Below the pieces are notes generated by a model. It had not been told where the DNA came from. It saw only the letters and a list, made by a program, of their open reading frames with translations, and made no database searches. A stretch of DNA of 64,000 bases. Origin: Eledone cirrhosa. Its lineage: Eukaryota. Position numbers and translations under genes: made by a program. Positions within the stretch are counted from its first letter, which is position 1, and every line of letters starts with the position of its first letter. The DNA lies in NCBI GenBank assembly GCA_964016885.1, contig OZ024743.1, forward strand, positions 141,298,001 through 141,362,000, given 5' to 3'. Of the stretch, positions 26,290-38,760 are shown piece by piece.

Positions 26290-29200
26290 CTTGGTGCTTG
26301 GTGTTTGATGCTGCGTGCTTGGTGTTTGGTGTTTGGTGCTTGGTGCTTGGTGTTTGGTGATTGGAGCTTGTTGTTTGGTGTTTGGTGCTTGGTGCTTGGT
26401 GTTTGGTGCTTGGTGCTTGGTGCTTGGTGTTTGGTGCTTGGTGCTTGGTGTTTGGTGCTTGGTGCTTGGTGCTTGGTGCTTGGTGTTAGGTGTTTGGTGC
26501 TTGGTGCTTGGTGTTTGATGTTTGGTCTTTGGTGCTTGGTGTTTGTTGTTTGGTGCTTGGTGCTTGGTGTTTGGTGCTTGATGTTTGGTGCTTGCTGCTT
26601 GGTGCTTGGTGTTTGGTGCTTGGTGTTTGGTGTTTGGTGTTTGGTGCTTGGTGCTTGGTGTTTGGTGCTTGCTGCTTGCTGCTTGGGTTTTGGTGCTTGG
26701 TGATTGGTGCTTGGTGTTTTGCGCTTGGTGCTTGGTGTTTGGTGTTTGGTGTTTGGTGCTTGGTGCTTGGTGCTTGGTGCTTGGTGTTTGGTGCTGCGAG
26801 CTTGGTGTTTGGTGTCTGGAGTTTGGTGCTTGGTGCTTGGTGCCTGGTGTTTCGTGCTTGGTGCTTGGTGCTTGGTGTTTGGTGTTTGGTGCTTGGTGTT
26901 TGGTGTTTGGTACTTGGTGTTTGGTGCTTGGTGCCTGGTGCTTGGTGTTTGGTGCTTGGTGCTTGGTGTTTGGTGATTGGTGCTTGGTGTTTGGTGATTG
27001 GTGCTTGATGCTTGGTGCTTGGTGTTAGGTGTTTGGTGCTTGGTGCTTGGTGTTTGATGTTTGGTCCTTGGTGCTTGGTGTTTGGTGTTTGGTGCTTGGT
27101 GCTTGTTGTTTGGTGTTTGGTGCTTGCTGCTTGCTGCTTGGTGTTTGTTGCTTGGTGTTTTGTGCTTGATGCTTGGTGTATGTTGTTTGGTGCTAGGGGC
27201 TTAGTGCTTGGTGCTTGGTGTTTGGTGCTTGGTGCTTGCTGTTTGGTGTTTGGTGCTTGGTGCGTGGGACTTAGTGTTTGGTGTTTGGTGCTTGGTGTTT
27301 GGTGCTTGGTGTTTGGTGCTTGGTGTTTGGGGCTTGGTGTTCGGTGCTTGGTGCCTGGTGCTTGGGGCTTGGTGTTTGGTGTTTGGTGCTTGGTGCTTGG
27401 TGTTTGATGTTGGGTGCTTGGTGCTTGGTGTTTGGTGTTTGGTGCTTGGTGTTTGGTGTTTGGTGCTTGGTGCTTGGTGTTGGTGTTTGGTGCTTGGTGC
27501 TTGGGGATTGGTGTTTGGTGCTTGGTGCTTGGTGTTTGGTGTTTGGTGCTTGGTGCTTGGGGCTTGGTGTTTGGTGCTTGGTGCTTTGTGCTTGGTGTTT
27601 AGTGTTTGGTGTTTGGTGCTTGGTGTTTGGTGCTTGGTGCTTGGTGCTGGGTGGTTGGTGTTTGGTGCTTGGTGCTTGGTGTTTGGTGCTTGGTGCTTGG
27701 TGCTTGTTGTTTGGTGCTTGGTGCTTGGTGCTTGGTCTTTGGTGCTTGGAGTTTGGTGGTTGGTGCTTGGTGCTTGGTGTTTGGTGTTTGGTGTTTGCTG
27801 TTTGGTATCTGCTTTTTGGTATTTAGTGTTTGCTGTATGGTGTTTGCTGTTTCGTATTTGGTGCTTGGTGTTTCGTGCTTGGTGTCTAGTGTTTGGGTTT
27901 TGGTGTTTGGTGCTTGGTGCTTAGTGTTTGGTGTTTGTGCTTGGTGGTTGGTGTTTGGTGTTTGGTGCTTGGTGTTTGGTGCTTGGTGCATTGTGCCTGC
28001 TGTTTGGTGCTGGGTGTATGGTGTTTGGTGCTTGGTGCTTGGTGCTTGGTGTTTGATGCTGCGTGCTTGGTGTTTGGTGTTTGGTGCTTGGTGCTTGGTG
28101 TTTGGTGATTGGAGCTTGGTGCCTGGTGCTTGTTGTTTGGTGCCTGGTGCTTGTTGTTTGGTGTTTGGTGCTTGGTGCTTGGTGTTTGGTGCTTGGTGCT
28201 TGGTGCTTGGTGTTTGGTGCTTGGTGCTTGGTGTTTGGTGCTTGGTGCTTGGTGCTTGGTGCTTGGTGTTAGGTGTTTGGTGCTTGGTGCTTGGTGTTTG
28301 ATGTTTGGTCCTTGGTGCTTGGTGTTTGGTGTTTGGTGCTTGGTGCTTGGTGTTTGGTGTTTGGTGCTTGCTGCTTGGTGCTTGGTGTTTGGTGCTTGGT
28401 GTTTGGTGTTTGGTGTTTGGTGCTTGGTGCTTGGTGTTTGGTGCTTGCTGCTTGCTGCTTGGGTTTTGGTGCTTGGTGATTGGTGCTTGGTGTTTTGCTC
28501 TTGGTGCTTGGTGTTTGGTGTTTGGTGTTTGGTGCTTGGTGCTTGGTGCTTGGTGCTTGGTGTTTGGTGCTGCGTGCTTGGTGTTTGGTGTCTGGAGTTT
28601 GGTGCTTGGTGCTTGGTGCCTGGTGTTTCGTGCTTGGTGCTTGGTGCTTGGTGTTTGGTCTTTGGTGCTTGGTGTTTGGTGTTTGGTACTTGGTGTTTGG
28701 TGCTTGGTGCCTGGTGCTTGGTGTTTGGTGCTTGGTGCTTGGTGTTTGGTGATTGGTGCTTGGTGTTTGGTGATTGGTGCTTGATGCTTGGTGCTTGGTG
28801 TTTGGTGTTTGGTGCTTGGTGCTTGGTGTTTGATGTTTGGTCCTTGGTGCTTGGTGTTTGGTGTTTGGTGCTTGGTGCTTGTTGTTTGGTGTTTGGTGCT
28901 TGCTGCTTGCTGCTTGGTGTTTGTTGCTTGGTGTTTTGTGCTTGATGCTTGGTGTTTGTTGTTTGGTGCTAGGGGCTTAGTGCTTGGTGCTTGGTGTTTG
29001 GTGCTTGGTGCTTGCTGATTGGTGTTTGGTGCTTGGTGCGTGGGACTTAGTGTTTGGTGTTTGGTGCTTGGTGTTTGGTGCTTGGTGTTTGGTGCTTGGT
29101 GTTTGGGGCTTGGTGTTCGGTGCTTGGTGCCTGGTGCTTGGGGCTTGGTGTTTGGTGTTTGGTGCTTGGTGCTTGGTGTTTGATGTTGGGTGCTTGGTGC

Positions 29201-29820
29201 TTGGTGTTTGGTGTTTGGTGCTTGGTGTTTGGTGTTTGGTGCTTGGTGCTTGGTGTTGGTGTTTGGTGCTTGGTGCTTGGGGATTGGTGTTTGGTGCTTG
29301 GTGCTTGGTGTTTGGTGTTTGGTGCTTGGTGCTTGGGGCTTGGTGTTTGGTGCTTGGTGCTTTGTGCTTGGTGTTTAGTGTTTGGTGTTTGGTGCTTGGT
29401 GTTTGGTGCTTGGTGCTTGGTGCTGGGTGGTTGGTGTTTGGTGCTTGGTGCTTGGTGTTTGGTGCTTGGTGCTTGGTGCTTGTTGTTTGGTGCTTGGTGC
29501 TTGGTGCTTGGTCTTTGGTGCTTGGAGTTTGGTGGTTGGTGCTTGGTGCTTGGTGTTTGGTGTTTGGTGTTTGCTGTTTGGTGTCTGCTTTTTGGTATTT
29601 AGTGTTTGCTGTATGGTGTTTGCTGTTTCGTATTTGGTGCTTGGTGTTTCGTGCTTGGTGTCTAGTGTTTGGGTTTTGGTGTTTGGTGCTTGGTGCTTAG
29701 TGTTTGGTGTTTGTGCTTGGTGGTTGGTGTTTGGTGTTTGGTGCTTGGTGTTTGGTGCTTGGTGCATTGTGCCTGCTGTTTGGTGCTGGGTGTATGGTGT
29801 TTGGTGCTTGGTGCTTGGTG
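26290..29820. repeat. 1776-bp tandem duplication (254 monomers, two of them 6 bp)
   Basis: GCGTGGGACTTAG at 27262 and 29038. ORF pairs 26704/28480, 27208/28984 and 27599/29375. Shared variants GGGGATTGG and GCATTGTGCCTGC. Confidence 0.93.
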
Positions 29821-30689
29821 CTTGATGTTTTGTGTTTGGTGTTTGGTGCTTGGTGTATGTACTTGGTGCTTGGTGCTTGGTGTTTGGTGCTTGGTTCTTG
29901 GTGCTTGGTGCTTGGTGCTTGGTGTTTGGTGCTTGGTGCTTGGTGTTTGGTGCTTGGTGTTTGGTGTTTGGTGCTTGGTGTTTGGTACTTGGTGCTTGGT
30001 GCTTGGTGTTAAGTGTTTGGTGCTTGGTGTTTGGTGCTTCGTGCTTGGTGCTTGGTGTTTGGTGGATGGTGCTTGGTGTTTGGGGCTTGGTGCCTGGTGC
30101 TTTGTGTTTGGTGCTAGGTGCTTGGTGCTTGGTCTTTGGTGTTTGGTGCTTGGTGCTTGGTGCTTGGTGTTTGGTGCTTGGTGCTTGGTGCTTGGTTATT
30201 AGTGTTTGGTGCTTGGTGCTTGGGGTTTGGTGTTTGGTGCTTGGTGCTTTGTGTTTGGTGTTTGCTGTATGGTGTTTGCTGTTTCGTGTTTGGTGTTTGC
30301 TGTTTGGTGTTTAATGCTTGGTGCTTGGAGCTTGGTGTTTGGTGCTTGGTGCTTGGTGCTTGGTGCTTGGCGTTTGCTCTTTGCTGTTTGGTGTTTGGTG
30401 CTTGCTGTTTGGTGTTTGGTGTTTGGTGTTTGGTGTTTGGTGCTTGCTGTTTGGTGCTTGGTGCTTGGTGTTTGGTCTTTGGTGTTTGGTGCTTGGTGCT
30501 TGGTGTTTGGTGCTTGGTGCTGGGTGTTTGGTGCTTGGTGCTTGGTGTTTGGTGCTTGGTGCTTGATGCTTGGTGCTTGGTGTTTGGTCCTTGGTGCTTG
30601 GTGCTTGGTCTTTGGTGCTTGGGGTTTGGTGTTTGGTGCTTGGTGCTTGGTGTTTGGTGCTTGGTGCTTGGTGCTTGGTGTTTGGTGTT

Positions 30690-30965
30690 TGGTGCTTGCT
30701 GCTTGGTGCTTGGTGTTTGGTGCTTAGCACTTGGTGATTAGTGTTTGGTGCATGGTGCTTGGTGTTTGTTGTTTGGTGCTTGGTGCTTGGTGTTTGGTGC
30801 TTGGTGCTTGCTGTTTGGTGTTTGGTGTTTGGTGCTTGGTGCTTGGTGTTTGGTGTTTGGTGTTTGGTGTTTGGTGTTTGGTGCTTGCTGCTTGGTGCTT
30901 GGTGTTTGGTGCTTGGCACTTGGTGATTAGTGTTTGGTGCATGGTGCTTGGTGTTTGTTGTTTGG
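30690..30965. repeat. 189-bp offset local duplication (27 monomers)
   Basis: The rare word GCACTTGGTGATTAG occurs near 30727 and 30916. ORFs 30741/30930. Confidence 0.85.
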
Positions 30966-31449
30966 TGTTTGGTGCTTGGTGCTTGGTGTTTGGAGCTTGG
31001 TGTTTGGTGCTTGGTGTATGTACTTGGTGCTTGGTGCTTGGTGTTTGGTGCTTGGTTCTTGGTGTTTGGTGCTTGGTGCTTGGTGCTTGGTGTTTGGTGC
31101 TTGGTGCTTGGTGTTTGGTACTTAGTGCTTGGTGTTTGGTGTTTGGTGCTTGGTGTTTGGTGCTTGGTGCTTGGTGCTTGGTGTTAAGTGTTTGGTGCTT
31201 GGTGCTTGGTGTTTGGTGCTTCGTGCTTGGTGCTTGGTGTTTGGTGCATGGTGCTTGATGTTTGGGAATTGGTGCCTGGTGCTTGGTGTTTGGTGCTTGG
31301 TGCTTGGTGCTTGGTGTTTGGTGTTTGCTGCTTGGTGCTTGGTGTTTGGTGCTTGGTGTTTGGTGCTTGGTGTTCGGTGTTTGGTGCTTGGTGCTTGGTA
31401 CTTGGTTTTAGGTTTTTGGTGCTTGGGGCTTGGTGTTTGGTGCTTGGTG

Positions 31450-34400
31450 CTTGGTGCTTGGTGCTTGGTGTTAGGTGTTTGGTGCTTGGTGCTTGGTGTT
31501 TGATGTTTGGTCCTTGGTGCCTGGTGTTTGGTGTTTGGTGCTTGGTGCTTGGTGTTTGGTGTTTGTTGCTTGCTGCTTGGTGCTTGGTGTTTTGTGTTTG
31601 GAGTTTGGTGCTTGGTGTTTGGTGCTTCGGTCTTGGTGCTTGGTGTTTGGTGCTTGGTGTTTGGTGCTTGGTGCTTGGTGCCTGGTGCTTGGTGTTAGGT
31701 GTTTGGTGCTTGGTGCTTGGTGTTTGATGTTTGGTCCTTGGTGCTTGGTGTTTGGTGTTTGGTGCTTGGTGTTTGGTGTTTGGTGTTTGGTGCTTGGTGC
31801 TTGGTGTTTGGTGCTTGCCGCTTGCTGCTTGGGTTTTGGTGCTTGTTGATTGGTGCTTGGTGTTTTGCGCTTGGTGCTTGGTGTTTGGTGTTAGGTGTTT
31901 GGTGCTTGGTGCTTGGTGCTTGGTGCTTGGTGTTTGGTGCTGCGTGCTTGGTGTTTGGTGTCTGGAGTTTGGTGCTTGGTGCTTGGTGCCTGGTGTTTCG
32001 TGCTTGGTGCTTGGTGCTTGGTGTTTGGTGTTTGGTGCTTGGTGTTTGGTGTTTGGTACTTGGTGTTTGGTGCTTGGTGCCTGGTGCTTGGTGTTTGGTG
32101 CTTGGTGCTTAGTGTTTGGTGATTGGTGCTTGGTGTTTGGTGATTGGTGCTTGATGCTTGGTTCTTGGCGTTAGGTGTTTGGTGCTTGGTGCTTGGTGTT
32201 TGATGTTTGGTCCTTGGTGCTTGGTGTTTGGTGTTTGGTGCTTGGTGCTTGTTGTTTGGTGTTTGGTGCTTGCTGCTTGCTGCTTGGTGTTTGTTGCTTG
32301 GTGTTTTGTGCTTGATGCTTGGTGTTTGTTGTTTGGTGCTAGGGGCTTAGTGCTTGGTGCTTGGTGTTTGGTGCTTGGTGCTTGCTGTTTGGTGTTTGGT
32401 GCTTGCTGCGTGGGACTTAGTGTTTGGTGTTTGGTGCTTGGTGTTTGGTGCTTGGTGTTTGGTGCTTGGTGTTTGGGGCTTGGTGTTCGGTGCTTGGTGC
32501 CTGGTGCTTGGGGCTTGGTGTTTGGTGTTTGGTGCTTGGTGCTCGGTGTTTGATGTTGGGTCCTTGGTGCTTGGTGTTTGGTGTTTGGTGCTTGGTGTTT
32601 GGTGTTTGGTGCTTGGTGCTTGGTGTTGGTGTTTGGTGCTTGGTGCTTGGGGCTTGGTGTTTGGTGCTTGGTGCTTGGTGTTTGGTGTTTGGTGCTTGGT
32701 GCTTGGGGCTTGGTGTTTGGTGCTTGGTGCTTTGTGCTTGGTGTTTAGTGTTTGGTGTTTGGTGCTTGGTGTTTGGTGCTTGGTGCTTGGTGCTGGGTGG
32801 TTGGTGTTTGGTGCTTGGTGCTTGGTGTTTGGTGCTTGGTGCTTGGTGCTTGTTGTTTGGTGCTTGGTGCTTGGTGCTTGGTCTTTGGTGCTTGGAGTTT
32901 GGTGGTTGGTGCTTGGTGCTTGGTGTTTGGTGTTTGGTGTTTGCTGTTTGGTGTCTGCTTTTTGGTATTTAGTGTTTGCTGTATGGTGTTTGGTGTTTGG
33001 TGTTTGGTGCTTGGTGTTTGGTGCTTGGTGCTTGGTGTTTGGCGTTTGGTGCTTGGTGCTTGGTGTTTGGTGCTTGGTGCTTGGTGTTTGGTGTTTGGTG
33101 CTTGGTGCCTGGTGCTTGTTGTTTGGTGTTTGGTGCTTGGTGCTTGGTGTTTGGTGTTTAGTGCTTGGTGTCTGGTGTTTGGTGCTTGGTGTTTGGTGTT
33201 TGGTGCTTGGTGCTTGGTGTTGGTGTTTGGTGTTTGGTGCTTGGTGCTTGGTGTTTGGTGTTTGGTGCTGGGTGCTTGGAGTTTGGTGCTTGGTGTTTGG
33301 TGCTTAGTGCTTGGTGTTTGGTGTTTGGTGCTTGGTGTTTGGTGTTTGGTGTTTGACGCTTGGTTTTTGCTGCTTGTTGCTTGGTGCTTGGTGCTTGGTG
33401 TTCTGTGTTTGGTGCTTGGTGCTTGGTGCCTGGTGCTTGGTGCTTGGTGCTTGTTGTTTGGTGCTTGGTGCTTGGTGATTAGTGTTTGGTGCTTGGTGCT
33501 TGGTGTTTGGTGTTTCGTGTTTCATGCTTGGTGTCTAGTGTTTGGGTTTTGGTGTTTGGTGCTTGGTGCTTAGTGTTTGGTGTTTGTGCTTGGTGCTTGG
33601 TGTTTGGTGTTTGGTGCTTGGTGTTTGGTGCTTGGTGCTTTGTGCCTGCTGTTTGGTGCTAGGTGTATGGTGTTTGGTGCTTGGTGCTTGGTGTTTGGTG
33701 TTTGGTGTTTGGTGTATGGTGTTTGATGCTTGTTGCTTGGTGCTTGATGTTTTGTGTTTGGTGTTTGGTGCTTGGTGTATGTACTTGGTGCTTGGTGCTT
33801 GGTGTTTGGTGTTTGGTTCTTGGTGCTTGGTGCTTGGTGCTTGGTGCTTGGTGTTTGGTGCTTGGTGCTTGGTGTTTGGTGCTTGGTGTTTGGTGTTTGG
33901 TGCTTGGTGTTTGGTACTTGGTGCTTGGTGCTTGGTGTTAAGTGTTTGGTGCTTGGTGTTTGGTGCTTCGTGCTTGGTGCTTGGTGTTTGGTGGATGGTG
34001 CTTGGTGTTTGGGGCTTGGTGCCTGGTGCTTTGTGTTTGGTGCTAGGTGCTTGGTGCTTGGTCTTTGGTGTTTGGTGCTTGGTGCTTGGTGCTTGGTGCT
34101 TGGTGCTTGGTGTTTGGTGCTTGGTGCTTGGTGCTTGGTGCTTGGCGTTTGCTCTTTGCTGTTTGGTGTTTGGTGCTTGCTGTTTGGTGTTTGGTGTTTG
34201 GTGTTTGGTGTTTGGTGCTTGCTGTTTGGTGCTTGGTGCTTGGTGTTTGGTCTTTGGTGTTTGGTGCTTGGTGCTTGGCGTTTGGGGCTTGGTGCTTGGT
34301 GCTGGGTGTTTGGTGCTTGGTGCTTGGTGTTTGGTGCTTGGTGCTTGATGCTTGGTGCTTGGTGTTTGGTCCTTGGTGCTTGGTGCTTGGTCTTTGGTGC

Positions 34401-37400
34401 TTGGGGTTTGGTGTTTGGTGCTTGGTGCTTGGTGTTTGGTGCTTGGTGCTTGGTGCTTGGTGTTTGGTGTTTGGTGCTTGCTGCTTGGTGCTTGGTGTTT
34501 GGTGCTTGGTGCTTGGTGATTAGTGTTTGGTGCATGGTGCTTGGTGTTTGTTGTTTGGTGCTTGGTGCTTGGTGTTTGGTGCTTGGTGCTTGCTGTTTGG
34601 TGTTTGGTGTTTGGTGCTTGGTGTTTGGTGTTTGGTGTTTGCTATTTGGTGTTTGGTGTTTGGTGCTTGGTGCTTGGTGCTTGGTGTTTGGTACTTGGTG
34701 CTTGGTGTTTGGTGTTTGGTGCTTGGTGTTTGGTGCTTGGTGCTTGGTACTTGGTGTTAAGTGTTTGGTGCTTGGTGCTTGGTGTTTGGTGCTTCGTGCT
34801 TGGTGCTTGGTGTTTGGTGCATGGTGCTTGATGTTTGGGGCTTGGTGCCGGGTGCTTGGTGTTTGGTGCTTGGTGCTTGGTGCTTGGTGTTTGGTGTTTG
34901 GTGCTTGGTGCTTGGTGTTTGGTGCTCGGTGTTTGGTGCTTGGTGTTCGGTGCTTGGTGCTTGGTGCTTGGTACTTGGTGTTAGGTTTTTGGTGCTTGGG
35001 GCTTGGTGTTTCATGTTTGGTCCTTGGTGCTTGGTGTTTGGTGTTTGGTGCTTGGTGCTTGGTGTTTCGTGTTTGGTGCTTGCTGCTTGCTGCTTGGTGT
35101 TTGGTGCTTGGTGATTGGTGCTTGGTGTTTGGTGCTTGGTGGTTGGTGCTTGGTGTTTGGTGTTTGGTTCTAGGTGCTTGGTGCTTGGTGTTTGGTGCTT
35201 GGTGCTTGGTGTTTGGTGCTTGGTGCTTGGTGCTTGGGGCTTGGTGTTTGGTGCTTGCTGCTTGGTGTTTGGTGCTTGCTGCTTGGTGTTTGGTGTTTGG
35301 TGTTTGGTGCTTGGTGTTTGGTGCTTGGTGCTGGGTGGTTGATGTTTGGTGCTTGGTGCTTGGTGTTTGGTGCTTGGTGCTTGGTGCTTATTGTTTGGTG
35401 CTTGGTGCTTGGTGCTTGGTGCTTGGTCTTTGGTGCTTGGTGTTTGGTGTTTGGTGCTTGGTGTTTGGTGCTTGGGGTTTGGTGTTTTGTGTTTGCTGTT
35501 TGGTGTATGCGGTTTGGTGTCTGCTTTTTGGTGTTTGGTGTTTGCTGTATGGTGTTTGCAGTTTTGTGTTTCGTGTTTGCTGTTTGGTGTTTGGTGCTTG
35601 GTGCTTGGTGCTTGGTGTTTGGTGCTTGGTGCTTGGTGCTTGGTGTTTGGCGTTTGCTGTTTGCTGTTTGGTGTTTGGTGTTTGCTGTATGGTGTTTGCT
35701 GTTTGGTGTTTGGTGCTTGGTGCTTGGTGGCTGGTGTTTGGTGCTTGGTGTTTGGATTTTGGTCCTTGGTGCTTGGTGCCTGGTGTTTCGTGCTTGGTGC
35801 TTGGTGCTTGGTGTTTGGTGTTTGGTGCTTGGTGTTTGGTGTTTGGTATTTGGTGCTTGGTGCTTGGTGCTTGGTGTTTGGTGCTTGGTGCTTGGTGCTT
35901 GGTGTTTGATGCTGCGTTCTTGGTGTTTGGTGTTTGGTGCTTGGTGCTTGGTGTTTGGTGATTGGAGCTTGGTGACTGGTGCTTGTTGTTTGGTGCCTGG
36001 TGCTTGTTGTTTGGTGTTTGGTGCTTGGTGCTTGGTGTTTGGTGCTTGGTGCTTGGTGCTTGGTGTTTGGTGCTTGGTGCTTGGTGTTTGGTGCTTGGTG
36101 CTTGGTGCTTGGTGCTTGGTGTTAGGTGTTTAGTGCTTGGTGCTTGGTGTTTGATGTTTGGTCCTTGGTGCTTGGTGTTTGGTGTTTGGTGCTTGGTGCT
36201 TGGTGTTTGGTGTTTGGTGCTTGGTGCTTGGTGCTTGGTGTTTTGTGTTTGGAGTTTGGTGCTTGGTGTTTGGTGCTTCGGTCTTGGTGCTTGGTGTTTG
36301 GTGCTTGTTGTTTGGTGCTTGGTGCTTGGTGCCTGGTGCTTGGTGTTAGGTGTTTGGTGCTTGGTGCTTGGTGTTTGATGTTTGGTCCTTGGTGCTTGGT
36401 GTTTGGTGTTTGGTGCTTGGTGTGTGGTGTTTGTTGTTTGGTGCTTGGTGCTTGGTGTTTGGTGCTTGCTGCTTGCTGCTTGGGTTTTGGTGCTTGGTGA
36501 TTGGTGCTTGGTGTTTTGCGCTTGGTGCTTGGTGTTTGGTGTTTGGTGTTTGGTGCTTGGTGCTTGGTGCTTGGTGCTTGGTGTTTGGTGCTGCGTGCTT
36601 GGTGTTTGGTGTCTGGAGTTTGGTGCTTGGTGCTTGTTGCCTGGTGTTTCGTGCTTGGTGCTTAGTGCTTGGTGTTTGGTGCTTGGTGTTTGGTGTTTGG
36701 TACTTGGTACTTGGTGTTTGGTGCTTGGTGCCTGGTGCTTGGTGTTTGGTGCTTGGTGCTTGGTGTTTGGTGATTGGTGCTTGGTGTTTGGTGATTGGTG
36801 CTTGATGCTTGGTGCTTGGTGTTAGGTGTTAGGTGCTTGGTGCTTGGTGTTTGATGTTTGGTCCTTGGTGCTTGGTGTTTGGTGTTTGGTGCTTGGTGCT
36901 TGTTGTTTGGTGTTTGGTGCTTGCTGCTTGCTGCCTGGTGTTTGTTGCTTGGTGTTTTGTGCTTGATGCTTGGTGTTTGTTGTTTGGTGCTAGGGGCTTA
37001 GTGCTTGGTGCTTGGTGTTTGGTGCTTGGTGCTTGCTGTTTGGTGTTTGGTGCTTGGTGCGTGGGACTTAGTGTTTGGTGTTTGGTGCTTGGTGTTTGGT
37101 GCTTGGTGTTTGGTGCTTGGTGTTTGGGGCTTGGTGTTCGGTGCTTGGTGCCTGGTGCTTGGGGCTTGGTGTTTGGTGTTTGGTGCTTGGTGCTTGGTGT
37201 TTGATGTTGGGTCCTTGGTGCTTGGTGTTTGGTGTTTGGTGCTTGGTGTTTGGTGTTTGGTGCTTGGTGCTTGGTGTTGGTGTTTGGTGCTTGGTGCTTG
37301 GGGCTTGGTGTTTGGTGCTTGGTGCTTGGTGTTTGGTGTTTGGTGCTTGGTGCTTGGGGCTTGGTGTTTGGTGCTTGGTGCTTTGTGCTTGGTGTTTAGT

Positions 37401-38760
37401 GTTTGGTGTTTGGTGCTTGGTGTTTGGTGCTTGGTGCTTGGTGCTGGGTGGTTGGTGTTTGGTGCTTGGTGCTTGGTGTTTGGTGCTTGGTGCTTGGTGC
37501 TTGGTGCTTGGTCTTTGGTGCTTGGAGTTTGGTGGTTGGTGCTTGGTGCATGGTGTTTGGTGTTTGGTGTTTGCTGTTTGGTGTCTGCTTTTTGGTATTT
37601 AGTGTTTGCTGTATGGTGTTTGCTGTTTCGTATTTGGTGCTTGGTGTTTGGTGCTTGGTGCTTGGTGTTTGGCGTTTGGTGCTTGGTGCTTGGTGTTTGG
37701 TGCTTGGTGCTTGGTGTTTGGTGTTTGGTGCTTGGTGCCTGGTGCTTGTTGTTTGGTGTTTGGTGCTTGGTGCTTGGTGTTTGGTGTTTGGTGCTTGGTG
37801 TCTGGTGTTTGGTGCTTGGTGTTTGGTGTTTGGTGCTTGGTGCTTGGTGTTGGTGTTTGCTGTTTGGTGCTTGGTGCTTGGTGTTTGGTGTTTGGTGCTG
37901 GGTGCTTGGAGTTTGGTGCTTGGTGTTTGGTGCTTAGTGCTTGGTGTTTGGTGTTTGGTGCTTGCTGTTTGGTGTTTGGTGTTTGATGCTTGGTTTTTGC
38001 TGCTTGTTGCTTGGTGCTTGGTGCTTGGTGTTCTGTGTTTGGTGCTTGGTGCTTGGTGCCTGGTGCTTGGTGCTTGGTGCTTGTTGTTTGGTGCTTGGTG
38101 CTTGGTGATTAGTGTTTGGTGCTTGGTGCTTGGTGTTTGGTGTTTCGTGTTTCGTGCTTGGTGTCTAGTGTTTGGGTTTTGGTGTTTGGTGCTTGGTGCT
38201 TAGTGTTTGGTGTTTGTGCTCGGTGCTTGGTGTTTGGTGTTTGGTGCTTGGTATTTGGTGCTTGGTGCTTTGTGCTTGCTGTTTGGTGCTGGGTGTATGG
38301 TGTTTGGTGCTTGGTGCTTGGTGCTTGGTGTTTGGTGTTTGGTGCTTGGTACTTGGTGTTTGGTGTTTGATGCTTGGTGTTTGATGCTTGTTGCTTGGTG
38401 CTTGATGTTTTGTGTTTGGTGTTTGGTGCTTGGTGTATGTACTTGGTGCTTGGTGCTTGGTGTTTGGTGCTTGGTTCTTGGTGCTTGGTGCTTGGTGCTT
38501 GGTGTTTGGTGCTTGGTGCTTGGTGTTTGGTGCTTGGTGTTTGGTGTTTGGTGCTTGGTGTTTGGTACTTGGTGCTTGGTGCTTGGTGTTAAGTGTTTGG
38601 TGCTTGGTGCTTGGTGTTTGGTGCTTCGTGCTTGGTGCTTGGTGTTTGGTGGATGGTGCTTGGTGTTTGGGGCTTGGTGCCTGGTGCTTTGTGTTTGGTG
38701 CTAGGTGCTTGGTGCTTGGTCTTCGGGGTTTGGTGCTTGGTGCTTGGTGCTTGGTGTTTG
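31450..38760. repeat. About 2.6-kb block (about 31450-34090) repeated about 4.65 kb downstream (about 36100-38760)
   Basis: ORF pairs 31475/36126, 31699/36350 and 32354/37005 give offset 4651. Pair 33542/38172 gives 4630. GGTGGATGG at 33990 and 38648 (also 30061). Confidence 0.9.
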